Shown here piece by piece: positions 29,859 to 39,353 of a stretch of DNA of 50,732 nucleotides (the first letter of the stretch is position 1; each line of letters starts with the position of its first letter). The notes under the pieces are model-generated. The model worked only from the letters and a program-made list of their open reading frames with translations, ran no database searches and was not told where the DNA came from. The stretch lies in sequence record NC_049819.1, one strand, 5' to 3'. Source of the DNA: Escherichia phage atuna. Made by a program: the position numbers and the translations under genes.

Positions 29859-29868
29859 TTAACACCTC

Positions 29869-30624
29869 TTAACTGTTCCAATCTGGTATGGCCCAACAAC
29901 GACAACCGAAAGGCTCACCAGGAAAATCATGTTCAGAATCTAGCGCAATGCGCTTACCTTCCCATTGTACATGCTGCAATCGTTCTCTGTCATCAAGCAT
30001 ACCATGCCAAAAATAATGAGTTACTTTTGCATCATAAAGACGCTGGCGCATAAGCCTACTATTCCAAGCGCCTATGATATTTTCAGCCCTTGTCTTACCC
30101 CAAGAGCTATACACTGCGAACCTCTTACCAGCCAATTCATTAACCTGACTATCTCTCATTCCGCGAAAGTTTGCCGATCTGATATTGGTTGACCAGTCAG
30201 ACACGATGTTTCCAAATAGCTTTTGAAGAGATGCGATCGTCATGTCATGCCATTGACCGTATAGCGTCCTATACCAACTCTCATTCGCATTGGCCCCAAT
30301 AGCCATAAGGATGATAACGGCGGAATTTGACTTACCTCCCGTTGATTTCGCTACGTTAATAAATTGCTTTGCGTTGAATTTATAAACAGCAAGGCCGATA
30401 GCCGGAAGTGATGCGGCGATGCCAGCTATTAGCTTTAACGCGAAGCTACTAATCTCATCCTCTGCGGCGTTGATTTCTTCGGTGTCCGCGTCAAATTTCA
30501 TTTCCTTTGTTTTGCTGCGCATCAGCACAACAAGATCCCTTATCGCCTCCTGAATTGAGCGGCGCAATTGCCGCTCGCTTGCTTCAGGAAAGCGCCATTG
30601 TTTAACGACGCCTTTCACTATCAT
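29869..30624 (-). CDS. Head morphogenesis protein (Mu F / SPP1 gp7-like, positional)
   Basis: 251-aa ORF immediately downstream of portal, start overlapping. Confidence 0.5.
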   Translation of the reverse strand: MIVKGVVKQWRFPEASERQLRRSIQEAIRDLVVLMRSKTKEMKFDADTEEINAAEDEISSFALKLIAGIAASLPAIGLAVYKFNAKQFINVAKSTGGKSNSAVIILMAIGANANESWYRTLYGQWHDMTIASLQKLFGNIVSDWSTNIRSANFRGMRDSQVNELAGKRFAVYSSWGKTRAENIIGAWNSRLMRQRLYDAKVTHYFWHGMLDDRERLQHVQWEGKRIALDSEHDFPGEPFGCRCWAIPDWNS

Positions 30625-31919
30625 TGATTGCTACCCTCGGTTGTTCCTGGCTCCGGCTCTACGTCCTGCTCAGGTAATTTAATGTTATTGCCGTCTTTTA
30701 GTTTAACGTTAGGCGCAATGGCTCGCAATGTGTCGCGCGCCTCCTCTGTATCCATGAATTGACCGTCAATAGCCTTGCTCAAAGAATCAATATTCTTGTT
30801 CAAGATCTCGGCCTGGTCCTTTTCGCTTGGAACGCTTAACGGCGCAAACTGAATACTCCATTCTTCCTCTTGAATCAGGAACGGGATCAGAAATTCAAGG
30901 ATTGGTTTGTATTCTTCCTTTCGCTTTCGGTCGATCAGCTTGTAGAAGGTTTCAAGCGCCGTGTTTTGGCTCGCGCTAACACCGCCAACGTTCTTGTTTT
31001 TGAGGATGATTTCATGGATGCCGGAAAGAGATACAATGCGATCCATCTTCTTTTCCAAGAACGAATCGACGGCAGAAATATCAGAATTTAAAACATCATA
31101 TTCCTCATCTTCCGCATCAATGCCGATCGCACGGCCTACGCCACCCTCATCATCAACTTGAGCAAGTCGCAAACGTGCGGCACTAACACCATCATCATCA
31201 TCACAAAGATCAGCAAGACCTTTAACTTTCCATACCGCCTGTTGCTTACGTCGCAACAATTGAGTTGCTAAGTTTTCGCAGTAGTTATAATCACAAATAG
31301 CCTCAACAAGTCGCTTATTCAGGATCGACTCACCCCACCCATCATTTGATTGACGCCGCTGATTCGGTAGCCGCTCACCGTCGATGATACAGACTCGCGA
31401 ATAGTGAACCTGGTATTCTGGCAAGTCGGCACCAGGTGCAATGGTGTAAATTAATGGCTCACCATATCGTACCTTGCGTGGATTAGTTTCTCGCTTTTCT
31501 ACGCGAACCTGAAAGCGATCGTAAACGCGAACATCTTCAAGGATTGCACCAGGCGCTACAGGTGACTTTAACGACCTGCCATCCTGAACGATTGCCACGA
31601 TTGCCGCGCCACCAAAAAGACGCGACCAGCAAAGCGCATCAATGATTTTATCGTTTAGTCGCTTCTCATCCCACAAAGATCTAAAACTCTCCTCATCTTC
31701 CACGCCATCAATATTAAATCCAGGTGTCACCATTTCTTCTGGAACAACGTCGATAATTCGTTTTGCTAGGCCGTCGCGAATGTAAAAATCAGCGTGCGTG
31801 GTGTATTCGAACCCTTGCATAAAGAAAGGCAACTCCACACGCCCATTGCCATTGCTACCCTTGAAAATCTCGTTGTATCCATCGGCCTTAACTAGCCTTG
31901 TTTTTTCACTCATCGTCAA
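30621..31919 (-). CDS. Portal protein
   Basis: 432 aa, acidic C-terminus, position after terminase large subunit. Confidence 0.7.
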   Translation of the reverse strand: MTMSEKTRLVKADGYNEIFKGSNGNGRVELPFFMQGFEYTTHADFYIRDGLAKRIIDVVPEEMVTPGFNIDGVEDEESFRSLWDEKRLNDKIIDALCWSRLFGGAAIVAIVQDGRSLKSPVAPGAILEDVRVYDRFQVRVEKRETNPRKVRYGEPLIYTIAPGADLPEYQVHYSRVCIIDGERLPNQRRQSNDGWGESILNKRLVEAICDYNYCENLATQLLRRKQQAVWKVKGLADLCDDDDGVSAARLRLAQVDDEGGVGRAIGIDAEDEEYDVLNSDISAVDSFLEKKMDRIVSLSGIHEIILKNKNVGGVSASQNTALETFYKLIDRKRKEEYKPILEFLIPFLIQEEEWSIQFAPLSVPSEKDQAEILNKNIDSLSKAIDGQFMDTEEARDTLRAIAPNVKLKDGNNIKLPEQDVEPEPGTTEGSNQ

Positions 31920-31970
31920 ATCTCCATAATAAAAAAAGGCTGGAAAAATCCAGCCTTGATTATATAACTT

Positions 31971-31990
31971 TTTAGCAATTAGTGCTATTT
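31971..31990 (-). promoter_or_regulatory. Motif variant (AATAGCACTAATTGCTAAAA) + TATAAT + hairpin/T-run upstream of portal gene
   Basis: Minus-strand reading: variant motif, TATATAAT, hairpin aaggctggatttttccagcctt, T7, ATTATGGAG, ATG. Confidence 0.5.
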
Positions 31991-33553
31991 ATTGCGTAGA
32001 CCTGCCAGCTTTTTCATCCTTGCCACCGGATCATCTGCCAAATTCATTTCGACGTTAACAGCATCAACTATATTATCGACAATATCATCATGGGGATGAG
32101 AATCATCAAAAGTGAATGCTGCAACCTCTGCCAGTATCTCAGGCAGCATGGGGTGATTTTCTGGCAGTGCCACACGTCCGGCCCTCATCACTGGCGCGGC
32201 GTCCATTGCTCGCGTTACCTTGTCATTGCTTCGCTGAACGGGATTTATATCAATCGGGATCTTCTTTTTGGCCCCCTGAATTAAACCCGTGCCGCTGGCC
32301 TTGTCCTCAATGTGGATACGTCGCAAGCTGCCACACTCCTTATTGCGCTTCCAGCACTGGTTAACGAAGGCAATAAAATTTAATTCAAGATCCGGCGCTT
32401 CCCACTTTCCGCGAATGCCATCAATGAAGTAAACGCGATTCTTATACATCCCCCAATAACAAAAAACTGAATAGTCGTTAAGCTCTCCGGCCTTCTGTGC
32501 GGTATCTCCAGTGATAAATGTGTATTCAAAGCGATCCGGTTTAGGAAGTGCGCATTTTTCGCCGCTGCCGTAATACTGGAACCACTCTGTTTTAAACACG
32601 TTCCCGCCCAGCGCGATTGGTTGCTGTTGGTATTGGCTGGCGAACGTGTAAGGATCTGCATTGCGCAATGCAAGCAATTCCTCCGCGCTTTCCTTTGCAG
32701 GCCAAAATGAATAATGAGCAACGCCATCTATCATCACTGGCTTACTTGATAGCACATCACGATCAAATTCAGGCTTCAACCAATCAGGAAGCGTTTCGCG
32801 GTATTCTTTCGTAACCAGCGCCGGAATGCTCACGACTTTAAACTCAATACCACCCATCCCGCCATTAAGCATGAACCAAGTGGAATCATTAACGTGTAGT
32901 CGCTGTTGCACCATAACAATTGGCGTGGTGTCTTTCATTCGACGCGATCGCACTGTGTTTTTTAACCGCATGTGAATAGCCTCGCGCTTGACCTTAGAAA
33001 GCATATCATCCGGCTTGTCTGGATCGTCAAGAACCAGCATACCAGTAAAACCATCGTCCATATAGCCGCCACGCAAACCTGTTACCTGGCCGCCAATAGA
33101 TCGTGAGTTAACTTGCAATTTAACCTTGCCGCCTTCGGTGACTATCAGATCTTTAGCGCTCGCCTTTGCCAGTTTTCCAGGCCATAGCTCTTGCCACTCA
33201 GGAGAACCAATAATCTCCTTTATCCTGTTGCTGTTTTGCTGGACAAGGCCATCACTAAACGAAAGGTTAAGGTTTCTCACCTTCCGGCTTTTCAATGACG
33301 CGTAGGGTGACATGTGGATCGAGAAAATCTCAGTCTTACCGCTACCTGGCGTAATGTTGAAAATCACATTCTGCGACTCTCCATTGATGATCTTCTCTAC
33401 CTCACTGCACAATAAGCTAAAATGCCAGTTGCTCTGGAATTTTTGCCCCTGTAATAGTTGGAACCAGATCCTGATCATCTTTTCGAATGAATGCTCACTG
33501 ATTTCTTTAATGGCTCGCTTTTGCGCCGCCGTCAAATCTTCCCATATGATCAT
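31985..33553 (-). CDS. Terminase large subunit
   Basis: 522 aa; Walker A-like PGSGKT; position after small subunit. Confidence 0.75.
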   Translation of the reverse strand: MIIWEDLTAAQKRAIKEISEHSFEKMIRIWFQLLQGQKFQSNWHFSLLCSEVEKIINGESQNVIFNITPGSGKTEIFSIHMSPYASLKSRKVRNLNLSFSDGLVQQNSNRIKEIIGSPEWQELWPGKLAKASAKDLIVTEGGKVKLQVNSRSIGGQVTGLRGGYMDDGFTGMLVLDDPDKPDDMLSKVKREAIHMRLKNTVRSRRMKDTTPIVMVQQRLHVNDSTWFMLNGGMGGIEFKVVSIPALVTKEYRETLPDWLKPEFDRDVLSSKPVMIDGVAHYSFWPAKESAEELLALRNADPYTFASQYQQQPIALGGNVFKTEWFQYYGSGEKCALPKPDRFEYTFITGDTAQKAGELNDYSVFCYWGMYKNRVYFIDGIRGKWEAPDLELNFIAFVNQCWKRNKECGSLRRIHIEDKASGTGLIQGAKKKIPIDINPVQRSNDKVTRAMDAAPVMRAGRVALPENHPMLPEILAEVAAFTFDDSHPHDDIVDNIVDAVNVEMNLADDPVARMKKLAGLRNK

Positions 33554-34122
33554 TAAAGTTGCTCCAGAATATCAATCACAGCCTCTTTCACCTCATCGGC
33601 AGTTACTGCGTCAATGCTTGCATTAGCTGCCGCGCTCGCTTCAACGCTCACTGTTGCTGGCTTCTCTACTCCGATCTCTTTACCGATAAATCCAGCGTTA
33701 ATCATGTTATTTGCCGCAAGCTGGAATTTTTGCTCGTAAATTACTTTATCAACAAACTCCATCACATCGCAGAATCCAGGCTCTTTACGCCATTTGCTTA
33801 CAGCCGCCTCAGTAACGCCGAGATACAAGCTGAATCCGTTAACCGTGAAAACGCGAGGCTTGTAAACTCTGCTCTCGTACACGTCACCCTGAAAGGAAGC
33901 AGTTTCAGCCGCCTGGATGTGATTCTCTTCGGCCCAAGTGAAATAGCGGATCGCCATATCAAAAACCTGTTCCGGCGTGTACTTGTGGCGGTTGTTTAGC
34001 GTAACAATATCTCCATAAGTTTTATTGTATAACTCTTTGAAATTTAATGCCTTTACAGCAGGCTCAACATTTTTAGCCATTGTTAATCCTCCTTTTGTTA
34101 GATGCCTGATTATACCAGACAA
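33553..34122 (-). CDS. Terminase small subunit (positional)
   Basis: 189-aa ORF overlapping TerL start (ATGA); preceded by SD AAGGAGG. Confidence 0.5.
   Translation of the reverse strand: MSGIIRHLTKGGLTMAKNVEPAVKALNFKELYNKTYGDIVTLNNRHKYTPEQVFDMAIRYFTWAEENHIQAAETASFQGDVYESRVYKPRVFTVNGFSLYLGVTEAAVSKWRKEPGFCDVMEFVDKVIYEQKFQLAANNMINAGFIGKEIGVEKPATVSVEASAAANASIDAVTADEVKEAVIDILEQL
34109..34117 (-). promoter_or_regulatory. Extended -10 promoter element TGGTATAAT upstream of terminase genes
   Basis: TGnTATAAT on minus strand about 25 nt upstream of SD; preceded by terminator hairpin. Confidence 0.5.
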
Positions 34123-34128
34123 TGGGCA

Positions 34129-34158
34129 ATAAAAAACCCGCCGTTCGGCGGGTGATTT
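34129..34158 (-). terminator. Rho-independent terminator upstream of terminase promoter
   Basis: cacccgccgaacggcgggt stem followed by TTTTTT on minus strand. Confidence 0.65.
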
Positions 34159-34383
34159 TTAAGCTGTATATTTTACTTTTCCATCTTTGGCTCGAATGGA
34201 ATTTAGGATCTTGCTGCCGATCATCAGGTATTGACCACGTACAAGCCATTTCTTTTGTTTTTCGCTCCAGATTGCAGAAGCGTACCAGCCTTTATTAATA
34301 ACGAACTTATAAGCAAAGCGCATGACAACGGAAAAGATAATGATAGCCATGATAAAACCAATGCAGAAAGATAATGCGATCAT
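34159..34383 (-). CDS. Small membrane protein (74 aa)
   Basis: N-terminal TM segment IALSFCIGFIMAIIIFSVV. Confidence 0.45.
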   Translation of the reverse strand: MIALSFCIGFIMAIIIFSVVMRFAYKFVINKGWYASAIWSEKQKKWLVRGQYLMIGSKILNSIRAKDGKVKYTA

Positions 34384-34547
34384 TGTAAAGCCCTCACAAG
34401 GTTAATTGAAAATTGATGTGTTTCAGGATTAGCGCCCGATTGCTCTTTTGCTTTTGCTACTGCTTCCAGTTCATCAAGAGCATCAACTACGCATTCATAT
34501 TCCTGTTTGCATGATTGGCAATTACGCCCCATTCGCCGGATCGTCAT
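34380..34547 (-). CDS. Small Cys-containing protein (55 aa)
   Basis: Start at internal Met (MTIRRM) overlapping upstream stop; CQSCKQEYEC motif. Confidence 0.35.
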   Translation of the reverse strand: MTIRRMGRNCQSCKQEYECVVDALDELEAVAKAKEQSGANPETHQFSINLVRALQ

Positions 34548-34755
34548 CTTCACTTTGTAATTCATCAGCGACAACCTCACGCTTAATGCTGGTAATGTTG
34601 TGAATCGGGTAAGCAACATTTCCAATAGAAATGCAAGTTTCGTCACCGTCTAGCTGATCCTCTGTAACTTCTACTGTAAAGCTGTTAACAAAGCTATTGT
34701 AGAAAGGATGAATAACGGTATCACGGAAAGAAACGGTTAATTTGTATTTGATCAT
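34522..34755 (-). CDS. Hypothetical protein (77 aa)
   Basis: ORF preceded by T-run and SD GGAG. Confidence 0.4.
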   Translation of the reverse strand: MIKYKLTVSFRDTVIHPFYNSFVNSFTVEVTEDQLDGDETCISIGNVAYPIHNITSIKREVVADELQSEDDDPANGA

Positions 34756-34917
34756 TTTGAATCTCCATTAAAAAAGGCGATACGTCTTACGGATTATTTT
34801 GCATTGCAAAAACCTCCTGCATATCGCCGTTGTTGTGTGACTATCGCGTCACGCGTTCGGACTAAGCCGCTCTTATGTAAACGACGCCATGCTAACCAAT
34901 CAGGAAAGAGTTGTCAA

Positions 34918-35148
34918 TCATTCCCTGTCGAAAGCGTTCCCCCAACGTCCACGCAAGTAACCACATAGCCAAATGAATTGAGTGATCGTCAACATTGGCG
35001 CGATTGGCTGGTAGTGTTCTGCAATGATGCCCTTCATTACTTCATCAACATACTTCCCGCGCTTTTCCACATCCGCTTTCATCGCCTCGCCGCACTTTTT
35101 AGCCTGGCGTTTAGCTGCGTTGAATTGCGCCTCATTCATGCCGAACAT
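34918..35148 (-). CDS. Hypothetical protein (76 aa)
   Basis: Start at Met MFGMNEAQ overlapping upstream stop (TGATG). Confidence 0.4.
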   Translation of the reverse strand: MFGMNEAQFNAAKRQAKKCGEAMKADVEKRGKYVDEVMKGIIAEHYQPIAPMLTITQFIWLCGYLRGRWGNAFDRE

Positions 35149-35276
35149 CAGTATCCTCTCCCCTTCCATTCTTCCGCAAGTTTGAAATAGTTCATAGCTT
35201 CTTCCACATCTCCGCGCTCCAGTGCCTCTTCTTGCTTCTCTTTGCACCACTGCGAAGGTTGTTTGTACTCATCCAT
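35148..35276 (-). CDS. Hypothetical small protein (42 aa), not in ORF track
   Basis: ATG preceded by AAGGTGA SD; translation MDEYKQPSQWCKEKQEEALERGDVEEAMNYFKLAEEWKGRGY. Confidence 0.3.
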   Translation of the reverse strand: MDEYKQPSQWCKEKQEEALERGDVEEAMNYFKLAEEWKGRGY

Positions 35277-35346
35277 TAAATCACCTTACCAGAAAAATAG
35301 CTCGTTAGAATGCGATTGAGGCGCTCTAACTGCTATGCGTTTTTAA

Positions 35347-35661
35347 TTAAAAACCGTCGAGAATCTCTCGAAAGTTGTTTAGCGTCTTAACTTTGGCCTT
35401 ATCCCACGTTACAGATCCTGCATCTTCCCACGGGGAACCAGGGCCGTGATTTGTCATATCATCAATCAAGCAAGAGATCTCATCAATAACAACATCTTTT
35501 AAATGCTCGCGGTACTCAATATCTTCCACAGGCTCAAAAGCCTGAATGACGCCGCCTAAAACCTGTTGCTGGGCCTTTGCCTTGTCCAAATCATCGTGGA
35601 TGAAACGATGCTCTTTTTTGTTCTCGTTAGTTCCTATTTGGTAGTAGTGAATGTAAATCAT
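35347..35661 (-). CDS. Hypothetical protein (104 aa)
   Basis: Start at Met overlapping upstream stop (ATGA). Confidence 0.4.
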   Translation of the reverse strand: MIYIHYYQIGTNENKKEHRFIHDDLDKAKAQQQVLGGVIQAFEPVEDIEYREHLKDVVIDEISCLIDDMTNHGPGSPWEDAGSVTWDKAKVKTLNNFREILDGF

Positions 35662-35921
35662 AAACCTGATTCCTCCATAGTCTCGTTTATGCGCTTCCAG
35701 TTTTCGACTTGCTGATCTCTGTATCCGTTCTCTCCGAACCATGCGGCAGTTTCCGCTTGCTCAGTCCCAGCAGGATCAAATGCGTGTTCTAGCTGGCTGA
35801 AAACTTCACGCGCCACTGGCTCATAAATTTTAACTGTGGCCTGTAAACCGTCATTGTCTCGCCAACCGAAGGCCGACAACATAATGCGCGCTTGCTGCTC
35901 TGACAGGTTAATCGTGATCAT
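35658..35921 (-). CDS. Hypothetical protein (87 aa)
   Basis: Start ATG overlapping upstream stop (ATGA). Confidence 0.4.
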   Translation of the reverse strand: MITINLSEQQARIMLSAFGWRDNDGLQATVKIYEPVAREVFSQLEHAFDPAGTEQAETAAWFGENGYRDQQVENWKRINETMEESGL

Positions 35922-36130
35922 TCTTCTACTACCTCGCATTCGTCATGGTTAACACTAATATTGTCGCCAGCCTTGATAAACTCGCTGTTACGCGGCGCAA
36001 TAACACAATAAGATCCGTCGCTGAAATGTCCGTCAACTTCCAGCACATCACCAACAACCAAACCGCATTGCTCAAGAGTGATTGATCCGTCTCCGTTGAT
36101 AGTGTCGATTTTGGTGATTTTGATTTTCAT
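35918..36130 (-). CDS. Small acidic protein (70 aa)
   Basis: Asp/Glu-rich; first gene downstream of a motif module. Confidence 0.45.
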   Translation of the reverse strand: MKIKITKIDTINGDGSITLEQCGLVVGDVLEVDGHFSDGSYCVIAPRNSEFIKAGDNISVNHDECEVVEE

Positions 36131-36187
36131 TGCGCTTTCCTCTGTTTCGCTTCAATAAGGGCACTTTATCAAATGCCCCTGCGGAAG

Positions 36188-36207
36188 TTTTAACAAAAAG
36201 TGCTATT
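36188..36207 (-). promoter_or_regulatory. Conserved intergenic motif copy (exact) + hairpin
   Basis: Exact 20-mer; hairpin ggggcatttgataaagtgccc follows on minus strand; leader GAAGCGAAACAGAGG. Confidence 0.5.
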
Positions 36208-36496
36208 AGCTCAGATAGTAAAGCTCATCGCGCGCGAAGTCATCAAAATCTAGCTGTGTCAGCGGTCGATCCTCTCGCGCCGCTTCCTCTATCATGTTGA
36301 TCAAAAAATCGCCCATCGCTCCTAGTCCGCCATCCGGCATATAGCAAGCTGCGAAAGCTCGCGCCCATGAACGAGCATTTTTGAATCCGGCGCGCTTCAT
36401 TGTGACTGGCGAGTGTTTAGAGTCGTTCCACTTGTTACACTGCGCGATGTTTTCAAAAGCGTTAACCAGTAGTTTGCGGTAAGTTTTGTTTGCCAT
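36206..36496 (-). CDS. Hypothetical protein (96 aa)
   Basis: ORF. Confidence 0.45.
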   Translation of the reverse strand: MANKTYRKLLVNAFENIAQCNKWNDSKHSPVTMKRAGFKNARSWARAFAACYMPDGGLGAMGDFLINMIEEAAREDRPLTQLDFDDFARDELYYLS

Positions 36497-36507
36497 TTCA
36501 GATCCCC

Positions 36508-36690
36508 TTATTTTTGTTTAAGCCCCATCAGCATCTTGCGAACGCCGTCCTTTTTCCCGTCAGAGTAGCCAGTAATTGAACCAGCGGCAAACACCATCAA
36601 GTTGCCCCAAAAGGCCATAATGCCCTCATAGTTAATGGTTAAATGGCTGCCGAAAAGGATCAGGAAAAGAACAATAATACCAGTTTTCAT
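36508..36690 (-). CDS. Small membrane protein (60 aa)
   Basis: Start at Met MKTGII preceded by GAGGTG; two hydrophobic segments. Confidence 0.4.
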   Translation of the reverse strand: MKTGIIVLFLILFGSHLTINYEGIMAFWGNLMVFAAGSITGYSDGKKDGVRKMLMGLKQK

Positions 36691-36697
36691 TTTCACC

Positions 36698-36946
36698 TCA
36701 GTAACAATCATTAACGTGAATCAGTACGGAAAAACGACACTTGCGTAAGCTGTGGCGCTTCTTGACGTACATATAAGCATCACTGTAATACTTAAATTCA
36801 GTGGCAATGATGCCGAAAAAGTCGTCTGTAACATAGTGCCAATTGCCTCCTAAGCTGCGTCGCTGCACATGATAAGTAGAACAGTCGCGGCAAAATACGA
36901 TCCGGTATTCCGGCTTAAACAGTCGTTTCAATGCGTTAAAAACCAT
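36698..36946 (-). CDS. Hypothetical protein (82 aa)
   Basis: ORF. Confidence 0.4.
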   Translation of the reverse strand: MVFNALKRLFKPEYRIVFCRDCSTYHVQRRSLGGNWHYVTDDFFGIIATEFKYYSDAYMYVKKRHSLRKCRFSVLIHVNDCY

Positions 36947-37045
36947 AGTAGCGCCCTCATGCTATAAAGAAAAAGTAGCATTGATAATACCGCAATCATT
37001 GCGGAATGAAAATCAAAAGGTGGCTTAGGATTCGTTGCGTTATTG

Positions 37046-37426
37046 TTATTTCCCAGCATTGCGCGCAATCCTCTTGTATCCATAGTAGAAATCATCGCCT
37101 ACGCCACGGAATTTTAACGCGTTACGCGCCAGGCGGCGGATTCGACGATTATCCAGTTTGCCGTAATTTATTGGCGCTTTAATCGTCTTGATTGGACAAC
37201 CGCGATGATTAGTGATTCGCTTAAGAGTGGCAACAATACCCTCAAGCGCACGGATAGCGAAGCCGTCGAATCCAAGATCTTTATTGATTAGATAGCCATT
37301 GATACCAGGGATTCCGAACCTTTTGCTATCAACCTTAACAATCTGGCCCTTCTTCATTCCGCTATCGGGAATTGCATAAGTAACTAAGAATTTAGTGCCG
37401 ACGCGGATTTTTCGGATGTTAACCAT
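37046..37426 (-). CDS. Hypothetical basic protein (126 aa)
   Basis: ORF downstream of a motif module with TATAAT. Confidence 0.45.
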   Translation of the reverse strand: MVNIRKIRVGTKFLVTYAIPDSGMKKGQIVKVDSKRFGIPGINGYLINKDLGFDGFAIRALEGIVATLKRITNHRGCPIKTIKAPINYGKLDNRRIRRLARNALKFRGVGDDFYYGYKRIARNAGK

Positions 37427-37482
37427 TGTAATTTCCTCTTGCTTGTTGATGTGCGCATTATAGCGGGGCAGATAACCCCGCG

Positions 37483-37502
37483 TTTAGCAATTCGTGCTAT
37501 TT
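37483..37502 (-). promoter_or_regulatory. Motif variant (AAATAGCACGAATTGCTAAA) + hairpin + TATAAT
   Basis: Minus strand: variant motif, hairpin cggggttatctgccccg, TATAAT 22 nt after TTGCTA, SD agagg, ATG 37426. Confidence 0.55.
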
Positions 37503-38087
37503 AATCTGTGTGTGCTTCCATTTGACCGTATTGACGATCTCGTTTACAGCCATTTCCGGCTTGCCGTCCTGCAATTGGAAGTCATAGTGATGGATTCGAT
37601 AGTGATAACCGCTCAGGTCAATGTAGTCTCTCGAATCGCCAGCAAACGTGAAGCCGTCGCGATGCAATCGGCAAATATGCACTTCATGCCCTGCCTTAAC
37701 CAGCGGTTTGATTTCTTCGGGGAACCCGCCATCACTGATCACAACCGCCAAATCTCGGTACATCTCGTGAATCTCTTCAACCATTCGACGCCCGAAATAG
37801 TGATCCCCAAAAACTGGCTTCATTACATCCTCGCTAATCCAGATCATGAATTGTCGAGGTGACTTGCCGCCTAAGATAACTTGAGGCTTTTCTTTTTGCT
37901 CTCGGTCGTTGTACAGGTCCATAAATTCATCGTATCGAGTCGGGCCAAGCATAGAAAAAGCAATGTCGAACATAGGTTGCTTGAATGATGCCTTAACCGC
38001 TGGGTAACGATGGCCTGTTAGGTAAGCTGCAATAGTGTCCTTCCCGCAACCTGGAGGCCCATTAAGGATGATAATGTCTCGTTTCAT
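37497..38087 (-). CDS. P-loop kinase, dNMP-kinase-like (GKDT-type Walker A)
   Basis: ILNGPPGCGKDT Walker A with GKDT signature recalled from phage deoxynucleoside monophosphate kinases. Confidence 0.6.
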   Translation of the reverse strand: MKRDIIILNGPPGCGKDTIAAYLTGHRYPAVKASFKQPMFDIAFSMLGPTRYDEFMDLYNDREQKEKPQVILGGKSPRQFMIWISEDVMKPVFGDHYFGRRMVEEIHEMYRDLAVVISDGGFPEEIKPLVKAGHEVHICRLHRDGFTFAGDSRDYIDLSGYHYRIHHYDFQLQDGKPEMAVNEIVNTVKWKHTQIK

Positions 38088-38089
38088 GA

Positions 38090-38281
38090 TTACTCTCCCC
38101 TTGCTTTCAAGACGGTAATTTCTGTTGTCTCGCTTAAAACCTTGAAATTTCTATTCTCGCTTTTGATCGTCATATTGACAATCATAACCTGACCGCGCTC
38201 TATCATGTCGGCAAGCTCTCGAAGGTGACATGCAGTTTTGGCAATCTCTTCGCTTTTTTTGTCAAATGGTGGCAATTGCAT
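38090..38281 (-). CDS. Hypothetical protein (63 aa)
   Basis: ORF. Confidence 0.4.
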   Translation of the reverse strand: MQLPPFDKKSEEIAKTACHLRELADMIERGQVMIVNMTIKSENRNFKVLSETTEITVLKARGE

Positions 38282-38425
38282 TTATTTTTCTCCATAGCGT
38301 GAGTTGATATTACGCAGCATTTCGCGTCTATGGCGCTTCTTGCGCTGTTTGTTCACAAACTCCACATGCTCATCGTACCCGCGACGCTTCTTTTTGGTAA
38401 TGATTTTTTCAAAGTTACGCATCAT
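38282..38425 (-). CDS. Small basic protein (47 aa), not in ORF track
   Basis: ATG preceded by AAGGGGGAAATG SD; stop abuts next start; Lys/Arg-rich. Confidence 0.3.
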   Translation of the reverse strand: MMRNFEKIITKKKRRGYDEHVEFVNKQRKKRHRREMLRNINSRYGEK

Positions 38426-38662
38426 TTCCCCCTTTATGTTTTCTCAACATGGCGCACTGCATGAATGCGCCATAGCAAGAATCACCAATCAAATTTCTGT
38501 TTGTCTCTGATAATCTCGTAAATTGCTAACCACACCCAAACAAACCAGAAAGCGAGAACGATTTTATCTTCTTTGTCTGTCGTGTCAGAATATTTCACCA
38601 ACGCGCGGAACGTAAACAAGCCTGAAATGTAAAGAAAAACAACCAAAAAGCAAGTAACCAAA

Positions 38663-38926
38663 TCATTTATTTTCTCCTTCTACTACCAGAGTGTAAAGCA
38701 GAACAGGCTCTACCATGTCGCGGCGGCGCGGCTCTCGTGGCGAATCGGGCCATGCACATTTCCCGTTTGCCACAACATGACCTACCAGGTCACTAAGTTT
38801 TGAGATTCCATCTCGACGGATAACGTTATACCCAATATCCTTGCCGTCAATAGAATGGATAGCGAAGAAGCTAGGCGCACCATCAATAATGTCTACCGCT
38901 TTAAAAAACTCGATCTTGTTAGCCAT
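38663..38926 (-). CDS. Hypothetical protein (87 aa)
   Basis: ORF downstream of a motif module. Confidence 0.45.
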   Translation of the reverse strand: MANKIEFFKAVDIIDGAPSFFAIHSIDGKDIGYNVIRRDGISKLSDLVGHVVANGKCAWPDSPREPRRRDMVEPVLLYTLVVEGENK

Positions 38927-38982
38927 GATTTAATCCTAGTTTGTTGTTGATGGGCCTACTATACCGCAGGCCGTAAAGTTGA

Positions 38983-39002
38983 TTTTAACAAAAAGTGCTA
39001 TT
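38983..39002 (-). promoter_or_regulatory. Conserved intergenic motif copy (exact) + hairpin containing ATAGTA
   Basis: Exact 20-mer; ATAGTA 23 nt after TTGTTA on minus strand; leader CCCATCAACAACAAAC. Confidence 0.55.
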
Positions 39003-39297
39003 TGCGCGCCATTTTGCGAAGCTGGCGGCTGGTTAGTTTGCGCGGATCGACTACGTGACTGGCAACAATTCGGCCTCCTGCAATCAATACTTTATTCCAA
39101 TGGTTATGGTTGCTTTGTTCTGTTGCATGCCATCTAAACATGAAGAACGCAGGAGAAATTCTGCCACGCAGAGAAGGCCTACACTTCCCGCGAGCGTCGC
39201 GATACATCGCGATTGAGGTGTTGCCTTTATGGTTTACGTGGTAAAGGTGAACCCCCATCTCGTTTGTGAATTTATAAATCGCATTGCGTACTAACAT
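38998..39297 (-). CDS. Hypothetical basic protein (99 aa)
   Basis: ORF downstream of a motif module. Confidence 0.45.
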   Translation of the reverse strand: MLVRNAIYKFTNEMGVHLYHVNHKGNTSIAMYRDARGKCRPSLRGRISPAFFMFRWHATEQSNHNHWNKVLIAGGRIVASHVVDPRKLTSRQLRKMARK

Positions 39298-39353
39298 CGC
39301 CGTTTCCTCTTTCGTTGTTGATGGGCTTACTATACCGCAAGCCCGATAATCTG

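Noticed and set aside
38304-38510. Plus-strand ORF 38304-38510
   Set aside because: Antisense to the SD-preceded minus-strand small ORF 38282-38425 in a uniformly minus-strand gene arm.
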